IMG/VR virus record: IMGVR_UViG_3300017747_002462
Location: 1 to 41,290 of that record
Source: a virus
Lineage: Duplodnaviria; Caudoviricetes
DNA length: 41,290 bases
Direction: 5' to 3' (one strand)
Of this stretch, positions 23,371 through 33,242 are shown piece after piece (position 1 is the stretch's first letter; each line of letters opens with the position of its first letter). The position numbers and the translations under genes were made by a program. The notes beneath the pieces were generated by a model that was given only the letters and a program-made list of their open reading frames with translations, searched no databases and was not told where the DNA came from.

Positions 23371-24693
23371 CTATGCGCCCTCCTCAAGCTTGCGGAGAAG
23401 TTCAAGAAGCATCGGCTCGGATAGCTCTCTTGCGTCTCTAGGCTGCTGTGTGGAGTTCGCAGCGAGGCCGGGAGCGGAAGCATAGGGAGACGCCTCGATT
23501 GTGAATCCCTTTGTGAATTGGGCCTTGGCTGTCGTGTCCATGATGTTGCGATGACGCCTAGTTATCGCGTCGAGAGCGTCCTGCTTGTTTCTGATGGTGT
23601 GAGCAGGAGCGCCCGTGAAATCAGAGGCCAGCTTCTTGAGTTCCGGCACGCTCATGCCCTGCAAGCCCTGCAATTCGGCGGTAAACGCTTCCTCGTTGCC
23701 CATGGCGGCCTTGAGCCTTCCAGCGATTCCGCCACCATCTGCCATGCTGTTCACCACTACTCCCGGAGCGCTTCCCTTGGCGTTGTCGGCGCCAACCACC
23801 ATTGCCTCTGCGGTAGGCTCGCCCCGCGCTGCTGCCGCAGACATTCGCTTGTGACCGTCAACAAGATAAATGGTGCCATCCAATGCGCGGTATGCGGATG
23901 GCGGCGGCGGCTCACCTTTCACGCCTCCCCTAACCATGTCAGACACCGCCTCACCATCTACACTTTTCTGCGTCGCCCATAGCTTGCTGAGGTCGACAGC
24001 CTCCTTTTTATGGGGGAGCGTCGACCATTGATCCATTCGCACCACGTCTTCGTGGTTTGGAGGAAGGCGCGTATATTGGAACGGTACGGGGACGTCATCC
24101 TCGCTTGCGAACTTGCCCGATTTTATATGCTGCTCGAACTCTGCGCGGCGCACATCGTACGGCTTCTCAGCGATAGAATTGACCACCGTCCCCGGAGCGC
24201 TTCCCTTGGCGTTGTCGGCCATGACAGCGTAAGGCGTTGCGTTGGTGTTCACGGGTGCGCGGGGTGTTCCAGGCATCAACCCGTAGTCGTAGACGTGCGC
24301 CGCGCTCGTCGGGTTGGAAGCGTCGCGCATCGGCGCAAACTTAGGAATTTCGCCAACAGCGCTAGCCTCTGGATGCTGGCGCGCCAGATCGTCGGCGATG
24401 CGGAAATCGCGCCCAGGCCGCGTCACGGCGTTGGCAACGCCCATACCCATGCCTGCTAGCCCAAGCGGCGACATGACTTCAGCGGGTCCAATCAAGCTCG
24501 GGTCTTTTGTTCCATCGAGCCAATTTGCTGAAGTTCCGAGCGCAGATCGGATCATGTTCAGCATGGATATTCCGCCGTCCTTGTTCTCAGGTATGGCGTC
24601 TCTAAGCTGGCGCAGCGGATCAGCAGGCCTTGCGTATTCAGGCAGGAACTCGTCTTCAGGCTTGCGGCGGAATAGCTCGTCGAGGATGCCCAT
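23371..24693 (-). CDS. Modular protein in the ejection cluster: ParB/Srx-like and HeH/Rho-N-like domains separated by repeated linkers
   Basis: LSKLWATQ..YLVDGHKRMSAA (ParB-like); MSVPELKKLA..NKQDALDAI (HeH-like); ADNAKGSAPG.VVNS twice. Confidence 0.7.
   Translation of the reverse strand: MGILDELFRRKPEDEFLPEYARPADPLRQLRDAIPENKDGGISMLNMIRSALGTSANWLDGTKDPSLIGPAEVMSPLGLAGMGMGVANAVTRPGRDFRIADDLARQHPEASAVGEIPKFAPMRDASNPTSAAHVYDYGLMPGTPRAPVNTNATPYAVMADNAKGSAPGTVVNSIAEKPYDVRRAEFEQHIKSGKFASEDDVPVPFQYTRLPPNHEDVVRMDQWSTLPHKKEAVDLSKLWATQKSVDGEAVSDMVRGGVKGEPPPPSAYRALDGTIYLVDGHKRMSAAAARGEPTAEAMVVGADNAKGSAPGVVVNSMADGGGIAGRLKAAMGNEEAFTAELQGLQGMSVPELKKLASDFTGAPAHTIRNKQDALDAITRRHRNIMDTTAKAQFTKGFTIEASPYASAPGLAANSTQQPRDARELSEPMLLELLRKLEEGA
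23762..24219. repeat. 29-bp perfect direct repeat CCCGGAGCGCTTCCCTTGGCGTTGTCGGC flanking the ParB-like module
   Basis: Copies at 23762-23790 and 24191-24219; degenerate third copy near 23455-23495 (SAPGLAANS). Confidence 0.9.
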
Positions 24694-26828
24694 TAGCGGC
24701 CATCCTTCTGAGACTCGATTGCCTTCTGTCGGCCGCCTGACATGATCATCATGCCGACGTTGTTGATGGCGTTGCGCTGAGCGGCGCTGATGCCTCTCTG
24801 CTGCGCGTACTGCATGAGACCGCGAGCGACTTGATCGCGAGCCGCGCCTTGGGCAATGAGCATCTCGGCAGCGTCGGCTGCTATGCGGGCATTGCGCTCG
24901 TTCATGACGCCGCCTGTCAGCATGTTGGCGATGCGGTAAACGCCCTCCATCGCCGCGCCGCCAACACCCTTGCGGCCCAGCTCGCTTGCGAATTCGTCAC
25001 CAGCCGCAGCGTTTGGAAATTCCCGCTGAGCCTGTAGACGTCCGGCCGTCGCGCTGTTGCCCATGACGGCCTGGCGCGTCTGGTCGAATGTCGTCTCTGC
25101 ATCGAGACGGCGAGCGAGTTGTCCGCCAGCCTGCGGACCAGCAATCAAATCGAGCTTTTCGCGTGCGAAGTCAGAGCCGAGTGCACGACGCGCTGCCGTC
25201 GCCGCGTTCTCGCCGTGAGCCGTCGCCGCGTTGCCCATGACGTTGCGCACGCCCTCGCGAGCGCCGAGCAGGTAGCCGGCCGCTTCTGGCGGGTCCATGC
25301 CGCCGCGCGGCGGCTGCCCGACGCCAAACATCTCTGCGCGCATCTGGTCAGGCGTCAGTTGCTTGCCGACAAGAGCCGAGCGACCTTCGTCAACTGCGCC
25401 TTGAATCTGGAAATTCTCGCGCTCTAGGCGACGAGCTTGCGCCCACGGGCTTTGATCCGGCGCGCCGGGGCTCAGGGCCTCATCCACGCCCCCGCGAACC
25501 CGTCGCGACAAGTGGCCATAGATGCGCTGATCGTTGGCGTCCTGCCCCCTCGCAAGGCCGTCAAGCGCGCGCTTGATGTAATCCCACTCTGTAGCGTTTG
25601 GAACGCGGTCAATCTGGTATTGCCCGTTTGGCAACTGGCGAGCAAAGAACTGTTGCGGCCCTGCGGCCGGATCGATCGCAGCATACCGAGCCGCAGCATT
25701 GAGCACGCGCGGCTCGTTGACCAGAACACCTAGCGTGTCCTCTAGCTCCTGTGTGAACGGAACCGGGTTCTGCTGGAATTGCTGACGATGCGGCGCGGCC
25801 TGACCTCTGTAGTGCTGCGCCGTCGCCTCGATCGTCTCGGGAATGTTTGCCGCTGGTCCTAGCGCGTTGTCTACGTCCTGCGTGATGCGGCCTGCGGCAC
25901 CGTCACGACGAGCGTCAAGCGCTTGCGTTACGGTTCGCTGTCCTGCGCCTGGCTGATTAGCGACTGCACCAGCTTGCGCCCTGAGATTGCCGCCCATGTC
26001 AGCAAGCATTCCCTCGGGACCAAGGTCTGCAACTTGCTGGCGATAGGTGGCGGCTAGATCATCATCACCAGCGGCGCGAGCTACGCGATTGACGGCGCCG
26101 CGTTCGTACTGCTGTAGCGCCTGCGGAGCGCCCCTGAAGGCATTTCGCCCGGCCTCAACGGCATTGCCTATGCCGCGCGCTATCGGAACCGACGCGGCAC
26201 CAAGACCGAGACCGATGGCGCCGCCCTTGCCCGCCTCAAGCGCCCGCTCGCCAACATCCTCGCCCTGTCCAGCACCGTACAGAGCGCCATAGCCTAGGCC
26301 ACTGAGAGCTGCATTGCCCATCTGCGGCAGCATCGTAGCACCGCGGAAGACCTGAGCGATTGGTGCAACTGGAATAGATGCAATGCCACCAGCGACCTTG
26401 GCAACGTCAGCCGTCGTGACGGGTCCGGCGATCTTGCTCGCGCCCTTGTCGATCGCCCTGTCGGTCGCGCGCTGGTATTCAAGCGCTTCCTCGCGAGGCG
26501 TGCCCATCATCGATGCTGTCGCCGCGTTCGCTTCGTCCAGCCACGATCCGACAGGCGTCCCGCGCGCCATATTGCGAACGGTATCCGTCACGCCCTGCAT
26601 GACTCCGCCGCCTGCGCGCTCCTTGGCAACGTACTGGTCAGCCCATTGCCTCAATGCGCCCTTGCGCTGCGGCTCTGGCAGCTTCTCGATGGCAGCGCGT
26701 ACTTCCGGCACCGGAGCGTCGAAGTTGACCGCTGGCGGTGCCTCTGCGCCCTTTGCAGCCGGGAACATATCCCAGCCAGCCGGGGCGTTGTTCGCGACCT
26801 TCGGAAAGATGTCCCAAGCGTCCGCCAT
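24693..26828 (-). CDS. Large internal virion/DNA ejection protein
   Basis: 711 aa, Ala/Gly/Gln-rich helical; position typical of podovirus ejection proteins. Confidence 0.7.
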   Translation of the reverse strand: MADAWDIFPKVANNAPAGWDMFPAAKGAEAPPAVNFDAPVPEVRAAIEKLPEPQRKGALRQWADQYVAKERAGGGVMQGVTDTVRNMARGTPVGSWLDEANAATASMMGTPREEALEYQRATDRAIDKGASKIAGPVTTADVAKVAGGIASIPVAPIAQVFRGATMLPQMGNAALSGLGYGALYGAGQGEDVGERALEAGKGGAIGLGLGAASVPIARGIGNAVEAGRNAFRGAPQALQQYERGAVNRVARAAGDDDLAATYRQQVADLGPEGMLADMGGNLRAQAGAVANQPGAGQRTVTQALDARRDGAAGRITQDVDNALGPAANIPETIEATAQHYRGQAAPHRQQFQQNPVPFTQELEDTLGVLVNEPRVLNAAARYAAIDPAAGPQQFFARQLPNGQYQIDRVPNATEWDYIKRALDGLARGQDANDQRIYGHLSRRVRGGVDEALSPGAPDQSPWAQARRLERENFQIQGAVDEGRSALVGKQLTPDQMRAEMFGVGQPPRGGMDPPEAAGYLLGAREGVRNVMGNAATAHGENAATAARRALGSDFAREKLDLIAGPQAGGQLARRLDAETTFDQTRQAVMGNSATAGRLQAQREFPNAAAGDEFASELGRKGVGGAAMEGVYRIANMLTGGVMNERNARIAADAAEMLIAQGAARDQVARGLMQYAQQRGISAAQRNAINNVGMMIMSGGRQKAIESQKDGR

Positions 26829-28324
26829 CAGGGTCTAATCCTCTCGACGCCATCGGGACCGATGAAGCGTGTTCCCTTGGGTAGCGCCGCAGCTTCCTGC
26901 GTCGTCTTCGGCTGAGGAAGTCCGCCGCCGGCTGCTGGTGCCTGTGCGCCGCCCGAAATCAGCCGCTTCGTTTCTTCGGAAATCGCGGGATTGCGGTCTG
27001 ACCACTCCTGAATGTGCTCGTTTAGGCCCATCGTTGAGCCACGCGACCTGATGAAGCGCGCCGCCTCCGCATTCTGCGCGGTCTTGTACTTCTCCATCTC
27101 GATTGCAAGGCGGACCATCATCGCGTTGCCCTGCGGCGTGTTGGTCAGGCCAGGCACCATCGAGGCGAGGAAGTTTCTGTCCTGATCGGACATCGCGCCC
27201 GGCATTCCTTCGCCGCCTGCCGGATTGCGAAGCTGCAAGGCAAACTGCTTGCCGATGGAATTGAGAACCTCGGCAGGCCCTGCGTTGCCTAGGTCGATGC
27301 CCATTGCCGCGCCGAGTTTCTTCGCCTCGAGCACCCACTCGCCGCCCTTGCCCTGATAGACATCCGGGTTGCGGAGAAGTTGCTCCATCTGCAAGAGACG
27401 AGGGAGCTTGTCGCGGCTGGCCTGTACGGCCTTCTCGCGAACCTCGATCTGTTCGGCAGCATTCTTGCCGTCTGTCGTGGCAAACGAGCCAGCAGCCATC
27501 TGCGGCCCGACGTCACGAATGACACCGCCAGTGGCGCCGGAAACTATCTCGTTGCCGATATGCTTGATGCCCTTCGACGGATCAAGCGCAGTGCCGTCGC
27601 GAGTCCTGAGTTCTTCGATCTTGCGCTCGCCGCCTGATCCAAATTGCACCGAATAGAACTTTCCGTCCTTCCCTTGCACGACAGTTCCGGCCTTGCCGTA
27701 CTCGCTTCCAAGACCGAGCTTTTGCTTAAACAGCAGCGGCACGACAGACTTTCTCAGTTCCGGGTCTTGCATGATCATCCGCGCCATTTGCGGATCGCCG
27801 AGCTGCTGACCGAGAGCGGCAACGGTCTGATTGGTGTCTGCTTGGTCGCGACCCGTATTCATCATGTCGGCAACGCCGCCGACTAGGCCGCCGCTGTTGT
27901 ACCCACGCGAGAGGCGTCCGAGATGATCCCAGACATTCGCCTCGCGCTGTGGCGGGGCGGCTGGCCTCTGCATCGCTTGCGACTGCGGCTGAGGCATCTT
28001 CGCGGCGATGTCCTGCGGCACCATCCCTGGAGGCGGTGCAGCGTAGGGCACGCCCGGCTGCGGCGCGTCTTGCACGGGGCGTTCCTGCAGTGGGGGCACC
28101 GCAGGCGGGAGTTGCGCAGACGACGCCGCAGCCGAACTCGGGGAGAACATGCCGACGCGGCCCGTGTCAGGTGCCGGTGTCGATCCTGGATTGACCACGC
28201 CTTGTGTCTGGACCTGCTGCGACGCCTGCAGCTTGCGGAACAGATCGGCAAGCATAGCCTCTTGCGGGTCCGGTTCCGGGTTGCCCTGCATTCCGCCTGC
28301 AAACAGTGTGTCGAGCAGACCCAT
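26828..28324 (-). CDS. Internal virion/DNA ejection protein
   Basis: 498 aa; GAMSDQDRNFL motif, Pro/Gln-rich N-terminus. Confidence 0.7.
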   Translation of the reverse strand: MGLLDTLFAGGMQGNPEPDPQEAMLADLFRKLQASQQVQTQGVVNPGSTPAPDTGRVGMFSPSSAAASSAQLPPAVPPLQERPVQDAPQPGVPYAAPPPGMVPQDIAAKMPQPQSQAMQRPAAPPQREANVWDHLGRLSRGYNSGGLVGGVADMMNTGRDQADTNQTVAALGQQLGDPQMARMIMQDPELRKSVVPLLFKQKLGLGSEYGKAGTVVQGKDGKFYSVQFGSGGERKIEELRTRDGTALDPSKGIKHIGNEIVSGATGGVIRDVGPQMAAGSFATTDGKNAAEQIEVREKAVQASRDKLPRLLQMEQLLRNPDVYQGKGGEWVLEAKKLGAAMGIDLGNAGPAEVLNSIGKQFALQLRNPAGGEGMPGAMSDQDRNFLASMVPGLTNTPQGNAMMVRLAIEMEKYKTAQNAEAARFIRSRGSTMGLNEHIQEWSDRNPAISEETKRLISGGAQAPAAGGGLPQPKTTQEAAALPKGTRFIGPDGVERIRP

Positions 28325-29395
28325 TTACCTGCCTCCGCGCCGCTGGCGCATGATCTCAGCGGCCTTGCGCGTGGCTGCGTCCATGTTGACGGTCTTCATT
28401 CCACCAGGGCCGTTGTCGTCGACAGCTTCCGGGCTTGTCTGTTCGACGTCCTGCGCCATCGGACCCATATGAATGGTTCCGCTCGGGTCATCCTTGTATT
28501 TGTAGCGAAAGATCGGAGTGCCATCGGCCATGCGGCCGACTTCCTCGATGTCATCCTTTGCGCGCTCGTCAGAAAGAAGGTTCACACCAGCGCCCATGCT
28601 GGTGCCCTTAGTCTTGCTGACGCCTTTGCTGTTCTCTTGCCCGCCCAAGCCTGCAGCCGGAAACAGAATGCTCCCGTACTTGGCCAAATCGTCATAGGGC
28701 ATCGACTTGCGCTGCTGCTCGAGGTTGAGCATGTCGGTTGCGCCCTGGCGCTGCATGTCGAGCGCCGTCTGTGCAGCGCCTGCGCCTTGGCTGCGCAATC
28801 CCGCCCGCTGTGCGTCGAGCGCGCCTTGCGTCTGTGCCGTAGCTTGGCCAGCCCCATAGAGCGAATTCGCCGCGCCGATCTGGTTCTGCTGGTTCTTGTT
28901 GTACTGATCGAGCAGGAGGCCGAGCGTTCCCTGCGAAACGCCCCTGGCCGTCGACATCTGATTTGCGCCGCTGAGATCCCGGCCCGCGCCTGCAAACATC
29001 GCGTTGTTCCGGTTGGCGATGTCGTCGCCTACCTGCGTCAGCATCGCCTGCATCTGCGGGTTGCTCATCGGGTCGAGATACTTGCCCGACGCATAGTCTC
29101 CTAGCTGGCTCTGGAGGGTCTTGTAGGCGTCTCCAACCATCCCTGTGCGGTCTTGGGTATTGTAGAGATCGGAGGCCAGCCCGCCCTGCTGTGAGGCCCA
29201 TGGATTGCCTTGACCGGCCTGAGCTTTGAGCTGATCGAACGCCGCCGTCTGGTCTGGCGATTCACCGATACCGCCAGCGTTCCCCGCTTTCTTGAGGAAG
29301 TCCTGCAGATAGGGTATCGTCTCGTCCCACGGGTCGCGGTCGACGTCCTTGTTCTCGGTCTTTTTTTGGCTCGAGCTGCCGAAGTTCAGGCTCAT
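28325..29395 (-). CDS. Ejection/pilot protein with C-terminal intramolecular chaperone (peptidase S74-like) domain
   Basis: Gln/Gly/Ala-rich body; SDERAKDDI..FRYKYK..GPMAQDVEQTSPEAV. Confidence 0.8.
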   Translation of the reverse strand: MSLNFGSSSQKKTENKDVDRDPWDETIPYLQDFLKKAGNAGGIGESPDQTAAFDQLKAQAGQGNPWASQQGGLASDLYNTQDRTGMVGDAYKTLQSQLGDYASGKYLDPMSNPQMQAMLTQVGDDIANRNNAMFAGAGRDLSGANQMSTARGVSQGTLGLLLDQYNKNQQNQIGAANSLYGAGQATAQTQGALDAQRAGLRSQGAGAAQTALDMQRQGATDMLNLEQQRKSMPYDDLAKYGSILFPAAGLGGQENSKGVSKTKGTSMGAGVNLLSDERAKDDIEEVGRMADGTPIFRYKYKDDPSGTIHMGPMAQDVEQTSPEAVDDNGPGGMKTVNMDAATRKAAEIMRQRRGGR

Positions 29396-29448
29396 CTAAG
29401 GGCGCTCCATGCTCGGTCTTCTCAACGACATTGCACACATGCTCCGCT

Positions 29449-30708
29449 TTACGAGCCTGTCACTGTCCAGCCCTTGCCGGTGGCGATGGTTGGATCATCG
29501 GCCGACGTGCCGTAGTTTCCAGTCACCACAATCGTTGCCGTGACGCTCGGCAGGTTCGTATAGACCTCATCCAACTGCGCCGCCGCGTGACGTCCCGGCA
29601 GAGTGAAGCCTACAGGGCTGTATAAATTCGCCGTCCTCGATAGCGCGCTACAGCTTGCGAAGGCGCTCGTCGTCGTCGCAAGGCTTGTCGCCCACGATGC
29701 AGACGGGAAGATTAGTTCGCGCAGCACGAAATTGCTGTTGCACATATCGGCGATAGTTGTGACTGCGCCGAGAGACGTGATCTCCAAGTAGTTGAGCGAT
29801 CCCATGTTGCGGAAGGCGCTCGAAAGCGTCGTCGCAGCCGCCAAGCTAATCGTAAGTCGGGGGAGAGCCTGACAGCCGTTAAACATGCTCGACGCGCTGG
29901 TGATGGAGTCGAACGTCGTCGTGTCGAACAGAAGTTCCACCAGCGCCGAACAGTTTTCGAAGCAGTTAGTTGCCGTAGTCAGCGAAGCATCGAAGCCCCA
30001 GCCGCGCATATCTAGCCGCTGAAGGCCACGAGCGCCACTAAAGCAGCTTGCCATCGTCGTAACGGCGCCCATAGAGCTTGCGGGGTATTCAAGAACCTTG
30101 AGATTGACCATGCCAGTATGTTTGCTGGCCATGGTCGTGATGGCACCAAGGCCAGTGACGCGGATGCGCTCAACCCAATAGCATGACGTTGACGAGTTGA
30201 ACGTGAGTGCCGTGCAGGACGTCGCATTAACGAGAATGTCCAGCCACGTATTCATCGCGTTAGTGGAGCTAGGGCCGAGCACAATGCCCGTAAGATTTGC
30301 GCCGCCCGTGTTGGGCGTGATCGTGACCACAGCGCACTTATAGCCGCGTGTGGTTGCTGCTGGCAGATCGCCATCTGCGTATGTGTACGTGTGCGCAATG
30401 GTCGTTGCGCTGGTCACGCCTGTATCGCTGGTGCCATCGCCCCAACTGACATCATACGTTCCGGCTGAGGTCGTGATGTTGACCGCGACAATGTTCCCTG
30501 CGTCTGGAAACACGGCAGCAATCATGCTCACTTTGTTCGCCGCATCGGCTGGCAGCGCAGGCCAATCAGAGGGCCGCGTCCACTTGGAAAACTCGCGCAG
30601 GACGCTGAGCGTCGCCTTGCGGTCGGCTGCACCCTGAGAGAGCAGCACAAGTTCTGTTCCGTCCAGGGCGCTCGCGGTCGTCAGGGCGCTAATCTTGGCG
30701 TCAGCCAT
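29449..30708 (-). CDS. Virion-surface protein with BspA/DUF285-like leucine-rich repeats
   Basis: WTRPSDWPALP, DVSWGDGT and repeats such as SMFNGCQAL and NCFENCSAL. Confidence 0.7.
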   Translation of the reverse strand: MADAKISALTTASALDGTELVLLSQGAADRKATLSVLREFSKWTRPSDWPALPADAANKVSMIAAVFPDAGNIVAVNITTSAGTYDVSWGDGTSDTGVTSATTIAHTYTYADGDLPAATTRGYKCAVVTITPNTGGANLTGIVLGPSSTNAMNTWLDILVNATSCTALTFNSSTSCYWVERIRVTGLGAITTMASKHTGMVNLKVLEYPASSMGAVTTMASCFSGARGLQRLDMRGWGFDASLTTATNCFENCSALVELLFDTTTFDSITSASSMFNGCQALPRLTISLAAATTLSSAFRNMGSLNYLEITSLGAVTTIADMCNSNFVLRELIFPSASWATSLATTTSAFASCSALSRTANLYSPVGFTLPGRHAAAQLDEVYTNLPSVTATIVVTGNYGTSADDPTIATGKGWTVTGS

Positions 30709-32506
30709 TGATATATTCCGCCACGGTCAGAGTTGCGATTTTCTTCGTCGTGCCGCCCTGGACAATGACGGTCCACTCGTCGCCAGTCAGAGCCGAGGCC
30801 GACGACTGCGCGGGAATGCTGGTGTCAAGCTCTACGGGGTCTGTCGTCTCAAGCAGAAGCTTGTCGTCGTTCTCTTGCAGGATTTCATCGGCTACGCCCG
30901 CAACCGGCGTTACTTGCTTGACGTCGCTTGCCGCACCATCACCGACAGCATTTACCGCCCGCAGTTCAACGTCGTATTCAGTTGTGTTTGTGAGACCTGT
31001 GATCGTGAAGCTCGTCGTGCCGCCCGTCGATACCCAGGAACCACCATCAAGCCGATAGTCGATGTCTGTGATTGCGCTTCCACCGTTGGACGGCAGAGAG
31101 CTGATCGTGACGTCTGCCTCTGTGTCGCCAGCGACAATCGACCAGTCACCAACCGAGAAGGCGGCCGGCACAGTCGGGCCAACCGGGGTCTCTGCCTTGA
31201 CGTCGCTCGCTGCACCATTGCCTTCGACGTTCACCGCGCGAAGCTCGACGTCGTACTCCTGCGCGTTGTTCAGGCCGGTAATGGTGAACGAGACGACGCC
31301 GCCGCTCGAAACCCACGACCCGCCATCGAGACGGTATTCAACGTCCAGGATGACGCTACCGCCACTGTCAGGAAGCGAACTAATCGTGACGTCTATTTCT
31401 TCGTCAACGCCATCCGTCGACCAGTCGCCAACCTCGAACGCATCCGGCACGGTCGCCGCGACGTTGTAGGCGGTGAAATCATCGAACCCCATCGTGATGA
31501 TGGCGTCGCGGTCATAGTGAATGTCAGGCGAGCCGTAGCTGTCGGTATCCACCAGAGCCGCATTGGCATCGGCTGCAACAACCGCCGCCTGCGCCGCGCG
31601 CACGGTGTCGCGATAGGGTTGCGCCGTTGCCTTGATGCGGTTGACGATCATGCGCGTCGAGCTTGAGCCATAAGCACGGATGGCCGAGAACATGATTGGA
31701 AGGTTGGTCTCGTAGGCGTTCGCCTGCGTCTCGTTGCCTGCGTCGTTGGCGCCAAGATTGATGATGGCCGCCCGAATGTTTACGACAAACCCATCGCCCT
31801 CAAGATCGGCAATGGCGGCAACCAACGCGGTCTCAAAGTCCCCCCATTGATCGCCCGTCGATTGGTTCCACTGGACGTGAAGGCTGGTGCCGCTGAGTGC
31901 CAGTTTGACGTTGTAGAGAGGCGTGCCGATGTTGGTATTCCACTGGCGGCCGAACTCTGCTTCAGCGCCCCATTTGGTGCTGCTCGGTGTGCTCAGTTCG
32001 TTGTTGTTGACCGCGTTGTCGACAGCCGCGAATGTCGCGCCGGTCCAAGTATATTGATCGGTCGCCGTTTCGAGGTTCGCCGGAAGATTGCCCGCTGTCG
32101 TTGGGTGCGCTTCGAGGTTCGAGTCACCAATCCAGAGCACGACGTTTGCAGTAGGCTCAACAACGTCCGTGACATTGATCGTGAACACCTGGGTAATTGG
32201 ATCATCGACGCCGTTGTCAGCCTCGATGGTGACGTTGTGAGAGGTTGCAGTCTCATAGTTCAGCGTTGCGGAAAGCTGTAACTCGTCGTCGTTCGCGATC
32301 TGGAACTTGCTGTCTGGGTCCGCCGTGATCGTGAACGTAAACACGTCTTCGCTGTGAGCAACCGATAGGATGCCGACCACATCATTGATCGATCCGGGCT
32401 CTGCCTTCGACGATGCTGATATGACGATCTGCGGCGCTTCGGGCACAGCCTCGCCACCGAACAGAAGCGCCCGCGATCCGAGTGACGGCCTGAGATACGC
32501 CCTCAT
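30701..32506 (-). CDS. Multidomain virion protein: cadherin-like + SGNH (sialate O-acetylesterase-like) + two Fn3 domains
   Basis: LNYETATSHNVTIEA (cadherin); GDSN..GAND..DIHY (SGNH motifs); two YRLDGGSWVS..YDVELRAVN repeats. Confidence 0.8.
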   Translation of the reverse strand: MRAYLRPSLGSRALLFGGEAVPEAPQIVISASSKAEPGSINDVVGILSVAHSEDVFTFTITADPDSKFQIANDDELQLSATLNYETATSHNVTIEADNGVDDPITQVFTINVTDVVEPTANVVLWIGDSNLEAHPTTAGNLPANLETATDQYTWTGATFAAVDNAVNNNELSTPSSTKWGAEAEFGRQWNTNIGTPLYNVKLALSGTSLHVQWNQSTGDQWGDFETALVAAIADLEGDGFVVNIRAAIINLGANDAGNETQANAYETNLPIMFSAIRAYGSSSTRMIVNRIKATAQPYRDTVRAAQAAVVAADANAALVDTDSYGSPDIHYDRDAIITMGFDDFTAYNVAATVPDAFEVGDWSTDGVDEEIDVTISSLPDSGGSVILDVEYRLDGGSWVSSGGVVSFTITGLNNAQEYDVELRAVNVEGNGAASDVKAETPVGPTVPAAFSVGDWSIVAGDTEADVTISSLPSNGGSAITDIDYRLDGGSWVSTGGTTSFTITGLTNTTEYDVELRAVNAVGDGAASDVKQVTPVAGVADEILQENDDKLLLETTDPVELDTSIPAQSSASALTGDEWTVIVQGGTTKKIATLTVAEYING

Positions 32507-32931
32507 GTCGTCCTCTCGAACACGGCTTCACCGTTCATGCGCCCGGTCATGCGATATGTCGGCAGTACGCGAGCCCAAGCCTGCCGCCCGGCGAATTTGA
32601 CGCTGCTGACGCCCGACTGCCGAGCGTGCTTAGCCATCGTCTCGCCGAGCTGTTCCGCCCAATCAGAAAGGCCTGATCCTCCGAGCGCATAGACGCCGAG
32701 GAACTGCTTGGCCGTCTTCTCGTCGCGGTATGTGCTCGTGATGAAGGACGCGACAACCTCCATCCCATCCATGATGCACCACAGCGTCGCCTTGTCGGCG
32801 ATCAGGTCGCTGGTGAGTTCCTCGATGCTCGTGTTGGCTACCGAAAGGCCCTTGCTCAGATGCGGCTGAGCGTGCGGCCACAGAGCGGCGATGAAGTCGT
32901 GCGGGATGGGGAGGATTTTGATTTTGTTCAT
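32503..32931 (-). CDS. Conserved podovirus morphogenesis protein (GNAT-like fold suspected)
   Basis: 142 aa, GRQAWARVL motif; after the tail nozzle genes. Confidence 0.55.
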   Translation of the reverse strand: MNKIKILPIPHDFIAALWPHAQPHLSKGLSVANTSIEELTSDLIADKATLWCIMDGMEVVASFITSTYRDEKTAKQFLGVYALGGSGLSDWAEQLGETMAKHARQSGVSSVKFAGRQAWARVLPTYRMTGRMNGEAVFERTT

Positions 32932-33242
32932 CCCAAAGCCACCCAGAAAAACGTGCGGTCGGTCTGCGAGTTGTTCGCGTGCGTGATAGTGAACGTGCCC
33001 GAGCCTACAGAGCTGATCCGCAGCGCCGTTCCGCCAGATTCCGCCGCCGCATTGGCCGTCGTCGCCATCAGGAACACCCGCGAATCCGCGCCGACGTTCA
33101 GAGCCGTCACAACCGTCGTTGCGCTGCTCGCCGTGAGCGTCACCGTGCCGACAGCGTTCGATCTGCCCGCAAACAGGTCGCGTATGCCCTGTGCAAGCCG
33201 CTGGGGCCTGATTTCACCGACGCCGGGGACATTGCCAGCCAT
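32928..33242 (-). CDS. Small tail-associated structural protein
   Basis: 104 aa beta-rich; GTFTITHANNSQTDRTF. Confidence 0.6.
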   Translation of the reverse strand: MAGNVPGVGEIRPQRLAQGIRDLFAGRSNAVGTVTLTASSATTVVTALNVGADSRVFLMATTANAAAESGGTALRISSVGSGTFTITHANNSQTDRTFFWVALG

